Shown piece after piece: positions 42,601 to 57,000 of a stretch of 64,000 nt of DNA. Made by a program: the position numbers and the translations under genes. The first letter of the stretch is position 1, and every line of letters begins with the position of its first letter. Origin of the DNA: the human T2T-CHM13v2.0 reference genome, Homo sapiens; contig CP086569.2 of the NCBI GenBank assembly GCA_009914755.4, positions 7,936,001-8,000,000 of the forward strand, given 5' to 3'. The notes beneath the pieces are model-generated. The model made no database searches, was not told the origin of the DNA, and saw only the letters and a program-made list of their open reading frames with translations.

Positions 42601-45600
42601 ATTTTGACATATTGATGAACCTAGCACATAGGTAGTTTGACTCTCATCTTCTTGCTCAAAAACACCCAGGAACAGGGATTTTGCAATATTTCAGGGCCCA
42701 GCACCTGGATGATGCTACTTTTCTGCATAAGTCATGCATAAACAGGGAATTGTGGCATATTGCTTGGTCCAGCACCCTAATGACGTGACTCTCCTGCTTG
42801 TGACTGAGCAAAATAAAGTATTTTCAGGTATCTTTAGCCCATTTTATAGGAGCTTTGGCTCTCACCACTTTGCTGGGTTTCTCCCACCTGTGGTTGTATT
42901 ATAATGCTGGCTCCAGCCCCTGGTTAATATGACTCTCTTCCCTAGGCCTTGCCTAGAGAGGACATTGTGACATATTGCTTGGCCTAGCAATATGTTAACC
43001 TTCTGCTTGTTTATTAGCCCACTAATAAGATTATGATGTATACCTTCCTGCAGTTGAAGGGCATGATGATCAATATTATATTGGGATTCTGCCAATAGGA
43101 GATATTTTGCCACTCACCATTAGGTTTTGTTCAGTAAGTTCCTTTATTGCATATTTGTACAAATCTCACAGAAGTTTACAACGCTAACTCATATCATACA
43201 AACTCCTTGGGTGTTACACAGAGTTTCATAACAGGGCCCAGCAAAAAATTAGGATTGTGACCCTTGACTACACAGGTGAAAGTAAAAGTTGTTATCATTC
43301 TACATTTACAAAGCCCATTGTTGATGTCCTGAGTCTAACAAGAGAATATAGCATAAAGTTGGAATCCTGACTTTCATAAGTCAACCTGGCCACAGGTGGA
43401 ATCATGGCTCATTTCTGGACCCAACTCACAGGAATAATAGTGGTCTCATTCTTTAAGCCAGCCTATAGGAGAGATGTTGACTGTCATATGTGGGTTTAGG
43501 ACAATCTGTAAGTTTGCGATTCCATATAAGCATGCAGGCCCCAGAGAGGTTTGCAACTTTCGCACATGTTGTATACAGTTATCAGATGTAGAGTGTCACA
43601 CAATGGCCAGCACATACCTGAGATTGTGACTTTTGCATACAAAACTAGCTAACTGTTAATGGTGTCACCCTTAAAGATGAGGAGATTGAGTCATAATGCC
43701 TTGGCCTAATACCCCGGTGTTAAGAAGTTTGGTATATATATAATTTTTCAATAAGAGCATTGTTACATATCACTGGGTCAAGATCATGATAATGTGACTC
43801 TTCTGCCTGGGTCCTGCAAACAGTATATATTTTCATATGTCTCTGGGTCCCTCAGCTAGCTGATATGGCTCTCCTGCCAGTGCCCTGCCCACAGGGGTCA
43901 TTGTGACATATAGCTAGATATAGCATCTAGGAAATGTGACTCTCCTCTGCTGATTGGATCCTGCCTACTGAAGAAATTGTGACATACTGCTGAGTCCAAA
44001 ACCTAGGTGACATGAGTCTCCTCTTTGTCCTGGATTCTGCCAAGACAGGAAATTATTACATATTGCTGAACCCAGCACCCAGGAGTTGTGATTCTCTCTC
44101 TCTTTTTTTTTCTTTGAAACTGTCCTTATTGGGGATGCTGACATATTGCTTGAATCTCTACCTAGTTTATGTTGCTCTTCTGCTTGGTGTCTGCCCATGT
44201 GTTAGAATGTGATATGTAACTAGGAAAGTCCCTAGGTGATATGAGTCACCTTTTCTGACTGGGCTTTCCTTACTGGGGACAGTGGGATATATACCTATGT
44301 CCATGACCTAAGTGAAGTGACTCTCTTTTTCTGCCTGTTCTTTACAATGAGGGGATTGTGGCATATTGCTGAGTTCATTACTCATGTTATTTGTCTCTAG
44401 TTTTTTTCTACAGCCATGCCCACCAATAGAGTTTTTGACCTATTGCAGGCCTCAGCCACGAGATAATGTTACTCCTTTGCTTGGGTCCAGTGTATAGACT
44501 GAATTATGGCATATTGCTGGGGACAGCAACCTGACAATGTCATTTCAGAGCAGGGCATTATTTCATCTCTCATGCCTGTCCCGTATGCACAGAAGATTTT
44601 TAACATATCCTGGGCTTATTATGTAGGTGTTTTGACTCTCATCCCTTGGCTGGGATTTTGCACATGTGGGATGGTTTCATACTGCTGAATCCAGCACCCA
44701 GCTAATGTGACTCTAATTCCTATACCCTTTCTAGAGAGAACATTGTGACATGCTACTTGACACAGCAGCTAAACAATCTTACCTGCCAACGTAGTTTTTG
44801 CCCACAAATGGGACTATGATATATACTTTACTTCAGTTTGCAGGCATGAGAGTAAAACCTATATTAGTGATATGGTTCTCCTTCATATTCCAGACTCTGA
44901 CAACAGGACTTACTTTGTCTTTCATCGCTAGGCTTAGGGCAACGTCCTGTGTTACATATTTGTATCAAACTCACAGTGCGTTACAATACTAACTCATAAA
45001 GTATAATCTCCTCATGTGGTACAGAGAGTTTTATCATAGAAACCATCAAAAACTTCAGATTGGGTCTCTAGATTATACACCCTGGTAAAAGCAAATGTTG
45101 CTACCATTCCACCTATGCAAATCCCACTGTTACGGTCCTGAGTCTAACAAGTGAATAAAGTACAAAGTTGGAATTGTGACTTTCATATGTCCCACATATG
45201 TCCCACAGGTGGGATGATGACTCATTTCTGGATCCAGCTCACACGCATAATAATGTGTCTCATCCCTAATCCCAGCCTATAGAAGAGATGTTGACCATTA
45301 TACCTGGGTTAGGCCAGTAGTTATGATTTTGAATCCAAATGGGCATACAGGACTCAGAGTGATTTGCAACTCTCATGCATGCTGTATAAAGCCTTCAAAT
45401 GTTGTAGAGTGTCATACAATAGCCCAGGAAAAATGTGAGTTTGTGACTGTCATATACACATCCAGGTCACAGTTAATGGTGTCACCCTCAAAGACCAAAG
45501 GTTTGACATATTCTTAGGCCTTGTACTGAGGTGTTGAGACTTTTTGGCTTAAATATCTTCTCATGGGTTCATTATGACATATTGTTGAGTTATAATAATA

Positions 45601-48600
45601 ATATTATGACTTTTCTGCCTGGACCCTGCCAACCTGAGATATTATCACATAACCCTGGGCTTATAAGCTGGGTGACTTCTCTCTCCTATGTGTACCCTGC
45701 CCCTAGAAGACATTGTGAAATATTGTTTGGCCAACATTTATGTCATGCGATCCTCCTCCTGGCTAAGGTTCTGCTTACCAAAAATCTTGTGACATACTGC
45801 TGATTGCAGCACCTAGGTGATATGGCTTTCCTTCATATTCCAGACTCTGGCAATAGATACATTATTAAATATTGCAGGGCCCAGCACCTAGGTGGAGTAA
45901 CTCTCCTCTTATGCTTCTTCCCTGTCTATAGCCGGCTTGGTAACATACTATTTGAGGCTGTATCCAGGTTGTGTGATTTTCTGACTAGGCCCAGCCTATA
46001 AAAGAGATTATACTGTATCACTGGCTCAGCACCCAGATAATGTGACTTTCCTGCATTGTCCCTGCTAACAGGTGAAATTGTGATATACACATGAGTTAAG
46101 CACATATGCACAATAATAACTCTTATAACTGGACCAACCCAGTAGGACTATTTTAACACTCTGTGTTAAGGACACATGCATAATAAATTTTATACCTGGA
46201 CCCAGCCAGCAGAGATATTTTGAGTCTTACAGCCAGTCTCAAGTCCATGGGTAAAGTCCTGGGATTTTTACTTGTACAAAGTTCATGAAGAATTATAAGA
46301 CTCAGGCATATAATATAAACCCTTTATGGTGCAAAGAGTGTCATAAAAGAGATCAGCAACGAGGTGAGAATATGACTCTTGCATGCATACCTAATAGAAG
46401 TCAAAAGCTGAAATAATTACTCTTATACCTGCCTCTTAATCACAGGTGGTTTGGTAACATTTGCAGCATGATTCAGCACAATGTGGTGTTGTGACTCCCC
46501 AGCTGAAACATAATCTTCTGGTGGGATTCTGGCTGTTATAGATGGATCTGCATCATTGCTGAAATGTGACTCCTCTGCATCAACTCAACTCATAGAAAGA
46601 TTTGACTTTCATACACAAAACCAGGACTTGTGTAGAATGTGCAACTTATTTCAAACATTTCTGAGAGTGTGATTGGGACAGGTAAATTTCCCCAGCACAT
46701 GAATAATTTGACCCCTTTTTTTGGTCCACACTACAGATGAAATTGTGCCATATGTGGAAGAATATGGCCCTAAGCAATACGTAACACATTCCTTCGCACT
46801 GCCTATGAAGGGCACTTTTGTATATCACTAGGACCATCATCCTGGTGAGGCGAATTATCTGCCTAAACTTGCCTACAATGAGAATTGTGTCTTATATCAA
46901 GGTCCATTACATAAGTGATATGACTCCTTTCTACTGCCTTGGCCCTGCACTTATAGTGTATTGTAACACATAGCTTGGTACTGCACCCAGGTGATGTGAT
47001 TCTCTATTTTGGGTTCTGCCAACAGAAAGCATTGTAACATATCACTTGGCTAAGCACCTAGGTGATGTTTCTTCACTTTTGCCTGTTCCCTGGCCACAGG
47101 GAGACTGTGACATATTCCTGATTTCAGCATCAATGTGAGATCGCTCTCCAACCTTGGTACTGAATATTAGAGCCATTTTGACATATAGTGAGGCCAATTG
47201 TTAGGTGAACTGAATCTCCTCTCTTGCCAAATTCATGCCAACATGAGGAGTTTTGATATGTCACTGAAATTAGCTTTCCGGTTTTGTGACTTTTTGGCCA
47301 GTTTCCTGCCCACAAGGTGGATTGTGACATCTCATTGGACTTGCACCCACGTAGGTGATGTGACTTTCCTGCCTTCTCTCTTGCCACAAATAATATTGTG
47401 CCATGTATCTGAGACCATAAAAAAGCCTAATAGCAACTCATGTCTGGAGTCAGAACTTGCGCAGGATGGTGAGTTGTATTCTTAAACTTTTTCACAAGTG
47501 TAATTCTGACATATAGTATTGCTCAGCTCCTGAGTGACTTAATAATTCTGCCTAGATTCAGTCCACAAATGAGATTTTGACAAATACCTGGGCCAAGAAC
47601 CTTGGTGAATTAATCGTGCTATCTTAACAATGTCCTTAGGGTGAATGGTCACATATTTCTTTACCTGTCATCTAGGTTACATGACTCCCTTCTTTGGCCT
47701 GTACTCTGCTTTCTTTAGTAATTTTAGCATTTCTAAACACTGCATCCTAATGACTTGATTCTTTTTCCTGAGCCCTGTCAACATGAGATATTGTGACATA
47801 TTTTTGATCCCTGCTGTAAGGTGATATGAGTCTCCTATCCTGCCTGGACACTTCCCACAAGGGACGTTGTGCACAAAGCTGGATTTAGCACACCAGTTGT
47901 GTGACATTTCTTACTGGAATATTCCTACAATAAGAATATTGGGATATTTCTGGCCCAGGATTTCAGTGATGTGGCTCTTCTGCCTGCTTTATAACTACAG
48001 AGGGAATTGTAACCTATTCCTAGGCCTGCACAACAGGCATGATAATGAGTCATTTATGTGGACTCAGCCAGTAGAGGCTACTTTAAGTCTTATAAATAGG
48101 TTTAATGACATGTGTGATGTCTTGGATCATCTTCTTGTTCAAAGGTCACAGAAGACTGTAACACTTACACATGTTTACAAAATCTTTGGCTTACATACAC
48201 AGAATCTAAGCAGGGCTCAGCTTACAGGTGGTTTTGAGCCTTGTATGCACACCTAGCTCACAGTAATGACTGTCATCATCTAACATGTATGAAGCCAGTT
48301 GTTAAATGAAAACAGGATGTGTGTGGTATTGTAAATCTCATCTTTGGAATTTTCTGAGAGTGTGATTGTGATGTAAACCTTTGCCAAGCACCTGTGTAAT
48401 CTGACTCACCAGAATTGTTTCAGCCCATATATGAGATTGTGATCTCTACCTAGGACAACCTGGAGGTGATGTGACTCTCCTGCCTGGGCCCTTTTCTCAG
48501 TAATGATTGTGACATATCACTGGAGCTAGCATCCAGGTGATGTTATATTCTTGCCTTCACCATGCCACCCAAATTGCTGTTACATATATTTGTGTCCACC

Positions 48601-49158
48601 TCTTAGGGGATGCCACTCTCCTCTCTGTAATGGGCCCTGCACAAAGGAAGGATGGTGACATATTGCTAGCCCAGGCATACAGGTGAGGGAACTCTTAGGC
48701 CAGATCCATGCCCAAAGGAGGGCATTGTGACATATCTCTCGGCTTATCGCAGAGTTTATGTGGCTTTCCTGCTTGGGCTTTGCCAACCTGGAGAGTGACA
48801 TATTTCCAGGCCAGTCACACAGGTGATGATATTCTTTTGCCAGGGCTATGCTCCATAGAGGACATTGTTACATATATCTGGGCCTATCACCTCGGTGAAG
48901 TGAATCCCTGCTTTGGCCCTACCCATGTGGAGCATTGTGGCATAAGCAGAAACCTGCATCTAGGTGATATAACTCTCTTTGCTGGGTTCTGTGTTAAGAG
49001 AGCCTTGTGAAAGATCTCAGGAACCAGAACCTAAGTGATGTGTTTCTTTTGTCCACTTTCTGTCCACATGTTACATTGTGACACATTCCCAGGAAAGCAG
49101 CTAGGGGATCTGACTCTCCTCATCTGCCTGATCCCTGCTTGCGGTGGACATTGGGATG

Positions 49159-49630
49159 CTGGGGTTCAGTCAGCCTGGTGGGAAATTATTTATGTAAAAT
49201 ATAAACACATAATCTCTGGAAGGCCTGGAGGTTTGTATAAAGTGTTTGGCTGAAGACAGCCTTATACTTTTTGAGCTATAGCAAGGGTATTTAACGATGG
49301 AATACAGAGAAGTCTATTTAAATAGCTTGTTTACTCATGTGGTCCTAAAACTAACCTTTGACCATTTGCTGGTGTGTAATTTCTTTGTATTAGAGGGGTC
49401 AGCAATGGTAATTAATTTCTAGTGGTGTTTACTTGAGACTTTTGTCATTTAATGTGTGTTGAATGAATGCCAGGAGAGCCAGCAACTCAGGGCCACAGCT
49501 GACAGCACTCTCACTGGAGTCTGTAAGTGGCTTGGACTCTCAGCCAGACTGATAAGCATAATATATGCATCTGTGTACATTATTTATTTTTCGTTGAGTC
49601 AGGGTTTCCCGGAAAACCTCTCATTGGGAC
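49159..49630. mobile_element. About 470-bp non-array insertion inside the array, flanked by an 8-bp direct repeat (cattggga). Unclassified; an 8-bp TSD would fit a hAT-type DNA transposon.
   Basis: The intact unit elsewhere reads ggtgacattgggacatatttctgagcccatgacc (57575). Here it reads ggacattggga|tgctggggttcagtcagcc ... ggaaaacctct|cattggga|catatctctgagcccatgacc. The interior has no 74-bp periodicity and no Alu or L1 similarity. Confidence 0.45.
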
Positions 49631-52600
49631 ATATCTCTGAGCCCATGACCTAAGTGATGTGGCTCTCTTTTTCTGCCTGGGCCTTCACAATAGGAGGATT
49701 TTGACACATTGGTGAGCCCAGCACTCAAGGTACATAACTCTCCTCTTTTTCTGGACAATGCCTACAAAAATGGAATTTTGTCATATTGCAGGATTCATCA
49801 CTGGATGATGTTACTCTTCTGCCTGGGTCCTGCATAAAGAGGAAATTATGACATATTGCATATCACTGGGCCAAGCACCCTATTGATGTGACTCTCCTGT
49901 CTGTGCTTGAGCCACTGAAGGTATATTGTCATATCTTGGGCCCATTATGTAGGTGTTTTGGCTCTCATTACCTGGCTGGATTTTTTCCACATGTGAGATG
50001 GTACCATATTGATGGGTTCAGCACCCAGTTATGTGACCCAGTTTTCGATACCCTGCGTAGAGAAGGCATTGTGACACATTGCTTTGCACAGAATTGCTCA
50101 ATATTCAGGTTATTTGGCTAAGTGATGTTACCCTCCTGCCTAGTTTTTTGTCCACAAATGGAATTATGACATATACCTTGCTGAAGTTCAAAGGCATGAT
50201 GATCAAACTTATATTCGGTTTGAGCCAATAGGGAAAATTTTCCCTCTTATACTTAGGCTTAGGACAATAGAGAAGCCCCAGGTTGCATATTTGTATCATG
50301 CTCACAGAAGCTTACACCACTATCTTATATAGTATAAACACTTCTGTGGTAGGGAGTTTCATAACAGGAGCCAGCAGAAAGTTCACATTGGGGCTCTCAA
50401 TTACACACCAAGGAGAAATTAAAAGTGGTCATTATTCCACACCTACAAATCCCACTGTTGACATTCTGAGTGTAACAAGCAAATATAGTGCGAGGTTGGA
50501 ATTATGACTTTTATATGTGGATCTGGCCAAAGGTGAGATTGTGACTTATTTCTGGACCCAGCCCACAGGCATAATAATAGGTCTTCTCCCTTAACTCTGC
50601 CTATAGGAGAGATGTTGACTAAAAAACCTGGGGTTAGGGCAATATATAAGATTGTGAGTTCATAAGAGCATGTACACCTCAGAGAGGTTTGCATCCCTCA
50701 TGAAGGTGTTATAAATTCCTCGGATGTTGCAGAGAGAGTCATACATTGGTCCAGTACACAAGTGAGACAGTGACACTAATACACATGCTCAGCTAAAAGT
50801 TACCTGTCACCCTCAAAGATGAGGAGATTGTGTCATATCACTGAGCCCCAGTTTTGAGACTTTGGGGCTCATATTCCTTTCCATGGGGACATTATTACAT
50901 GTCACTGGGTCAAAATCATAATGATGTGACTCTTTTGCCTGGGCGCTCTCACCGGGGGATATTATCACATATGTCTGAGACTATTAGCTACGTGATGTGT
51001 CTCCCCTGACAGTGCTGTGCACACAGGAAACATTGTGACTTATCACTAGATATAGAATCTACGTAATGTGACTCTTCTGTCCTGCCTGGATCCTGCCCAC
51101 TGAAGAAATTGTGACATACCACTGAAAGCAAAATCTAGCTGAGTCATATCACCAAATATTTAGGTGATATGACTCTCCTCTTCTGCCTGAACATGGCCCA
51201 CAAGTGACAATGTGCCACAGAGCTGGATCAAGTACACAGGTTATGCCACATTTCACAAAGTATTCTGCCTACAAAGAAAATATTGGACTATTTCTGGCTC
51301 AGCATTCAGGTTGTTTGGCTACCATGACTGTTTCATTACCACAAAGTAACCTTTGATGTAAACCTGTGCACAGTTCACAGGCCTGGTGATAACTCTCGTA
51401 TGTGGACCCCATGAATAGGAGTAATTTTGACTCTCATAATTTTTTAAAAACAGGAGTGATTACATCCCTTTCTGCTAAAAAAAAAATCACAGAAGGTTAT
51501 AACAAACTCAGATATTTGGTAAAGACCTTGACTTGTACAGATCGTGTCATAAGAGAACCCAGCAGAAAGGTAAAATTGTATTCTTACATGCACACCCAGC
51601 AGTCAGTAATGACTGTCACTGTCTCACATATATGAAGCCAACAGTTACACATGAAAACGGGACGTGTGGAATCGTAAATCTCCTCTCAGGTATTTTCTGC
51701 CAGTGTAATTGTGATGTAAATATTTGCTGAGAACCTGTGTGATTTGACTCTGTAGACTGGATCCACCCCACATATGTTGTGATATCTACCTGGGGAAACC
51801 ACTAGGTGATGTGAATCTCCTGGCTGGGCTTTGCTGTCAGTAAGAATCATGGCATATCACTAGATCCAGGAACCAGGTCATGTTACATTTATTTCTGAGC
51901 CATGCCCACATAAATCATTGTGATATATGACTGTGTCAAACACCTGGGTGACATAACTCTCTTCATTAGAAGGCACATAGTGGAGTATAACGACATATGG
52001 CTTGATGAGTCAAACAAGTGATGGTACCCTTTTGCTAGGGCCTTGTCCTAAACAGGGCATTGTGGAAAACCTCTGGGCCTATCACCTAGGTGATATTGAT
52101 CTCCTGCTTGGGTCCTACTTTCCTGGATAGTGACATATCACTAGGCTAGGCATGCAGGTGATGGTACTCTTTCCACAGGGCCATGCCTCAAGGAGGACTT
52201 TCTGACATCTCTGGGCCAATCATCTAGGTGATGTGACTCTTGGCTTGAGGCCTGACCACATGGATTATTATGAAATAAGTGTAGACCCTGCATCTATTTG
52301 TTGTAACTCTCTTGCCTAGGTCCTGTCCTAAGGGAGCCATGTGACACATTTCAGGACCCAGCATCAAGGTGAGGTGGCTATTCTGCTTGGCTTCAGCTCA
52401 CATGTTAGATTGTGCCATGTACCTGGAGAAGCACCTAGGTGATATGACTACACTTCTACCTGACTCCTGCCTACTTGGAATATTTGGCTAATGATCTGAG
52501 CCTGGGTCCTAAGTGATGTGACTCTTTTCTTCTGCTTGAGCCTTTAAAGTATGGTGATGTGACACATTGTTAAGCCCAATACTTAGGTAATATGATTCTA

Positions 52601-53744
52601 CTTTTTATCCTGAACTATGCACATGAAAAAGAATTTGGACGGATTGCAGGGCTCAGCACCTAGATGATGTTCCTCTTCTGTACATGTCCTGCATAAACAA
52701 ATAATTATGGTATACTGCTAGGCACCCTCATCCTGATGATGTAAACTTCTCTCCTGTGCTAGAGCAACAAAAAGTATTTTTACTTATCTTGGGCCTATTG
52801 CATAGGTGTTTTTGCTATTATTTTTCTATGTTTCTTTTTTTCACATTTGGGATTTTGTCATATTACTGGGTCCAGCACCCAGTTAATGTAACCCTAACTT
52901 CTAGACCCTGCCTAAAAAAGGTATTGTGTCATATTGCTTGACACAGCATCTTAGTAGTATTTTTCCTACAAATGAGATTATGAAATTTATATTGTGTCAT
53001 TTCACAGGCAAGATGATCAAACTTAAATTTAGATTCCACTACTAGTGATATTTTCTTCTCATTTCTATGCTTCAGCAATAGGTAAGGTTATGAGTTGCAT
53101 ATTTGTATAAAGGTAACATAAGTTTGCAACACTAACTCATACCATATAAACTCCTTGGGTGGTACACAGAGTTTTATAACAGGGCCCAGCAGAAGGTAAT
53201 ATTGTGACTCCTGATTACATATGCAGGTGAGAGCAAAAATTATCACCATACCACATTTGCAAAGCCCAGTGTGGAAGTCCTGATTCTAACAAGTAAATAA
53301 AGTACAAAGATGGAGTTGTGAGTTTCATATGTGGATCTTACTATAGGCAAGATGATGAATCATTTCTAGACCCATATTAAAGGCATAATAATGTGTCTCA
53401 TGTCTGAACCCAGCCTATAAGAGAGATATTGACTATCATAACTGGGTTTAGGGCAATATGTGTCATTGTGAGTCAATACAAGCATGTACGACTCAGAGAT
53501 TTTCAACTCTCATGCATATTGCCTAAAACCTCCAGATATTATAGAGTGTGTCATACTACGACCCAAAATACACATGAGATTGCGACCCTTATATACACAC
53601 CAAGCTAACTGTTAAAGATGTTACACTAAATTATGAGAAGATTGTGTTATTTTACTAGGCCTAGTACCCGGTGTTGAAAGTTTTTGGCTAAATTTTTTCC
53701 CATGGGTGCACTGTAAAATATCTCTGAGTTAGAATCATAATAAT

Positions 53745-54042
53745 GTGGCTGGACATGGTGGATCATGCTGTCATTCCAGCATTTTGGGAGGCTGAGGCTG
53801 GTGGATCACAAGATCAGGAGATCAAGACCATCCTGACTAACACGGTGAAACCCTGTCTGTATTAAAAATACAAAAAAGTTAGCCAGCATGATGGCAGGCA
53901 CCAGTGATCCCAGCTACTCAGGAGGTTGAGGCAGGAGAATGGCATGAACCCAGGAGGCAGTGCTTGCAGTGAGCCTAGATCATGCCACTGCACTCCAGCC
54001 TGGGTGACAGAGGGAGACTTCATCCCGGAAAAAAAAAAATAG
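53745..54042 (+). mobile_element. Alu SINE in the array, plus orientation, with A-tail
   Basis: ggctggacatggtggatcatgctgtcattccagcattttgggaggctgaggctggtggatcacaagatcaggagatcaagaccatcctgactaacacggtgaaaccctgtctgtattaaaaatacaaaaaagttagccagcatg...cactgcactccagcctgggtgacagagggagacttcatcccggaaaaaaaaaaa. Confidence 0.9.
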
Positions 54043-57000
54043 TAATATTTTTCAGCTTGGACCCAGCCAACAGGACATATTATCCCACATTTTTGGTCTT
54101 ATAAGCCAGGTGATGTGTTTCTCCTCCCAGTTTTCTGACCACAGAGGACACTGTGACATATCTCTAAATATAGCACATAGGTAATGTGACTCTCCTCTCT
54201 TGCCTGGATCCTGCCCACTGAAGAAATTGGGACATACCACTGAGTGCAAAACCTAAGTGATGTGACTCTTCTCTTTCTCGCGGACTCTGACAAAAGAGGG
54301 AATTATCAGGTATTACTGCACACAGCATTTAGGGAATGTGACTATTCAATATTTTTTCAAACCTGTATACAGTGAGCATGATGTCATATTTGAGATTGTA
54401 CCCAGGTGACATGGCTCTTCTGACAGGGTCCTGTGTACAAAGAAGGTTTTAATGTATCCCTGGCTCAGCACCTTGATGATGTAACACTTCTGTCTTGTCT
54501 CTGTCCAAAGGTGAAAATGTGACATATACCTGCATTCAGCCCATATGCACAATAATAACTCTCATATCTAGACCCATCCAGGGCAGATATTTCAACTCTC
54601 ATAGCCAGTCATACAGGCTTGGGGAATGTCTCAGATTTCCAACTGTAAGAATTCACAGAAAAGTATGCTACTCAGGAATATTATATAAAGCCTGAGTGGT
54701 ACAAGGACTGTCATAACATAGAAACCAGATGCTATTGTGATTCTTGGATCCACACCTAGCTGACACAATTGTCATTCTCACACATGGACAGAGCCTATGA
54801 ATGAGGTGCTAAATCTCTCACACCTGAGCAGTTGATACTGTTACTCTCATACATGTATCTACTCCACAGGTGGTTTAATGACATTTGAGCCATGATTAAG
54901 TAGAACTGTGGTGTTTGACTCTCTTGCTGGAACACAATTATTTACTGGGATTCGGGCTTTTATACATGGATTCTTCCCCTCGTTGGGATTGTAATGCTTG
55001 TACTGCAACCCAAATCATAGGGGGGTGTTGACTCTCATACCAGAAGCCAGGAATTGTGTGAGACTGTGAAACTTATTTCTTAATATTTTCAAGTTTGTGA
55101 TTGAGAAGTATGACTTTGCCCAGCATCTGAGTGTTTTCACCTTCCTTTCTGGGCCCAGAGCACAACTGAAATTGTGACATGTATGCACCAAGCACCTAAG
55201 CTAAGTCCAACACCTTCTTTGGCAATGTGACAAAGGGCACATTTTTTCATATCATTGGGACCAGCACTCAACTGATGTGAAAACTTGTTCCAAACTCTGC
55301 CTGTGAAGAGTATTGTGGCTTCTATCTAGGTCCATCACATAAGTTATTTGACTTTCTTCTAATGCCTTGGCCATGCACTTATGGTGCATTGTGACACATC
55401 ACTGGGTACTGCACCCAGGTGATATGACTCTTTTTTATGGGAGGGGTTTTACCAGTAGGAAATGATGTGTCACTTGTCTCAGCATCTATGTGAGGCTTAT
55501 TCTTTTTTGCCTGGGCCCTGACTACTGGAGAGATTGTGAAATATTGCTGAACCCAACACCAAGTTTGGTCCCTCTCCTGCATGGTCCTGCACACAGGGGA
55601 AATTGTGACATATATCCAGACCAGTTGCTTAGGTGAGGTTTGTCTCCTATCCTGCCTAAGCCCTGCCTACAGGGGAAATTCAGATATGTCACTGAAACCA
55701 ACATTTATGTGATGTGCCTCTTTTTCCAGAATCCTGCCCACAAGGAGCATTGTGACATTTCACTGGACCAGAATCCACTCAGGTGATGTGACTTTCCTTT
55801 CTTCTCCCTCCCTGCCCACAGGTGATGTTGTGCCATATAACTGAGACTAGATGAAAGGCCTAACAACGACTTTTGTACTTGGAGCCAGGACATGTGCAGG
55901 ATGGTGACTCTCATCCCTAAACTTTTCCATTGGTGGTGTTGTGACATAACTTTGCCCAGCTCCTGAGTGATTTAATAATCCTGCCTAGTTATAGCCCACT
56001 GATGACATTTTGACATAAACCTGAGATAACAATCTTGGCGATTTGACTCTCATGTTTTAACAGTATCCTCAGAAGAGTTCACAACATACTCCTAGACCCC
56101 TTGTCTAGGTATGTGACTCTCCTCTCCTGCCTGAACTCGGCTTCCAGTGAAGAGTGTAGCATTTTTAAGCACTGTATCCAAACAACATAACCCTCTTGCC
56201 TAACCTTTTTGACAGAAGGTATTGTGAAATATTTCTGTGCCCATCATTTAGGTGGTATGACTCACCTTTCCTGCCTGGACACTCTGCACAGGAGGCATTA
56301 TGCCATAGAGCTGGGTTTAGCACCCAATATTTGTGATGTTTCTGTGAGGGTCTTGCCTACAAAGAGAATATTGGAATTTTTCTGGCTTCGGATTTAGGTG
56401 ACATGGTTGTCCTGCCTGTTTAGTAACCACAAAGTGGATGGTGGCATATACGTAGGCACAGCTAACAGGCATAATAATGACTCTCATATGTGGTCTGAGC
56501 CAATAGGAGAAATTTTGACTCATCTAACTAGGTTGATGTACATGAGTGATATGGAGGTTCTTCTTCTGGAAAAGGTCACAGAAGATTACAAAAATCACAC
56601 ATATTTTATAACACCTTTGGGTTGTACAGAGAGTGTCATAACAGGGCCTAGCACACAAAAGAAATTGTGAGTCTCCAATGCACACCAGCTGACTGTAAGG
56701 AATTTCACTATTCCAGATGGATGGAGGCAACTCTCCTACATGAAAACAGGACATGTGTGGTATGGTAAATCTAATCCCTAGAATTTTATTCTATCGTGAT
56801 TGTGATATAAATCTTTGTCAAGTACCTGTGTGATTTTACTCTTCAGACTGGTTCCAGCCTACATATGGGATTTTGATATCTACCTGAGCCACTCTTAAAA
56901 TGATATGACTCTTCTGCCTGGATCATGCTCAGTAAGAATGGTGACATCACTGGATCCAGCTCCCGGGTGACTTTACATTCTTGTCTGCACCATACCCAGA

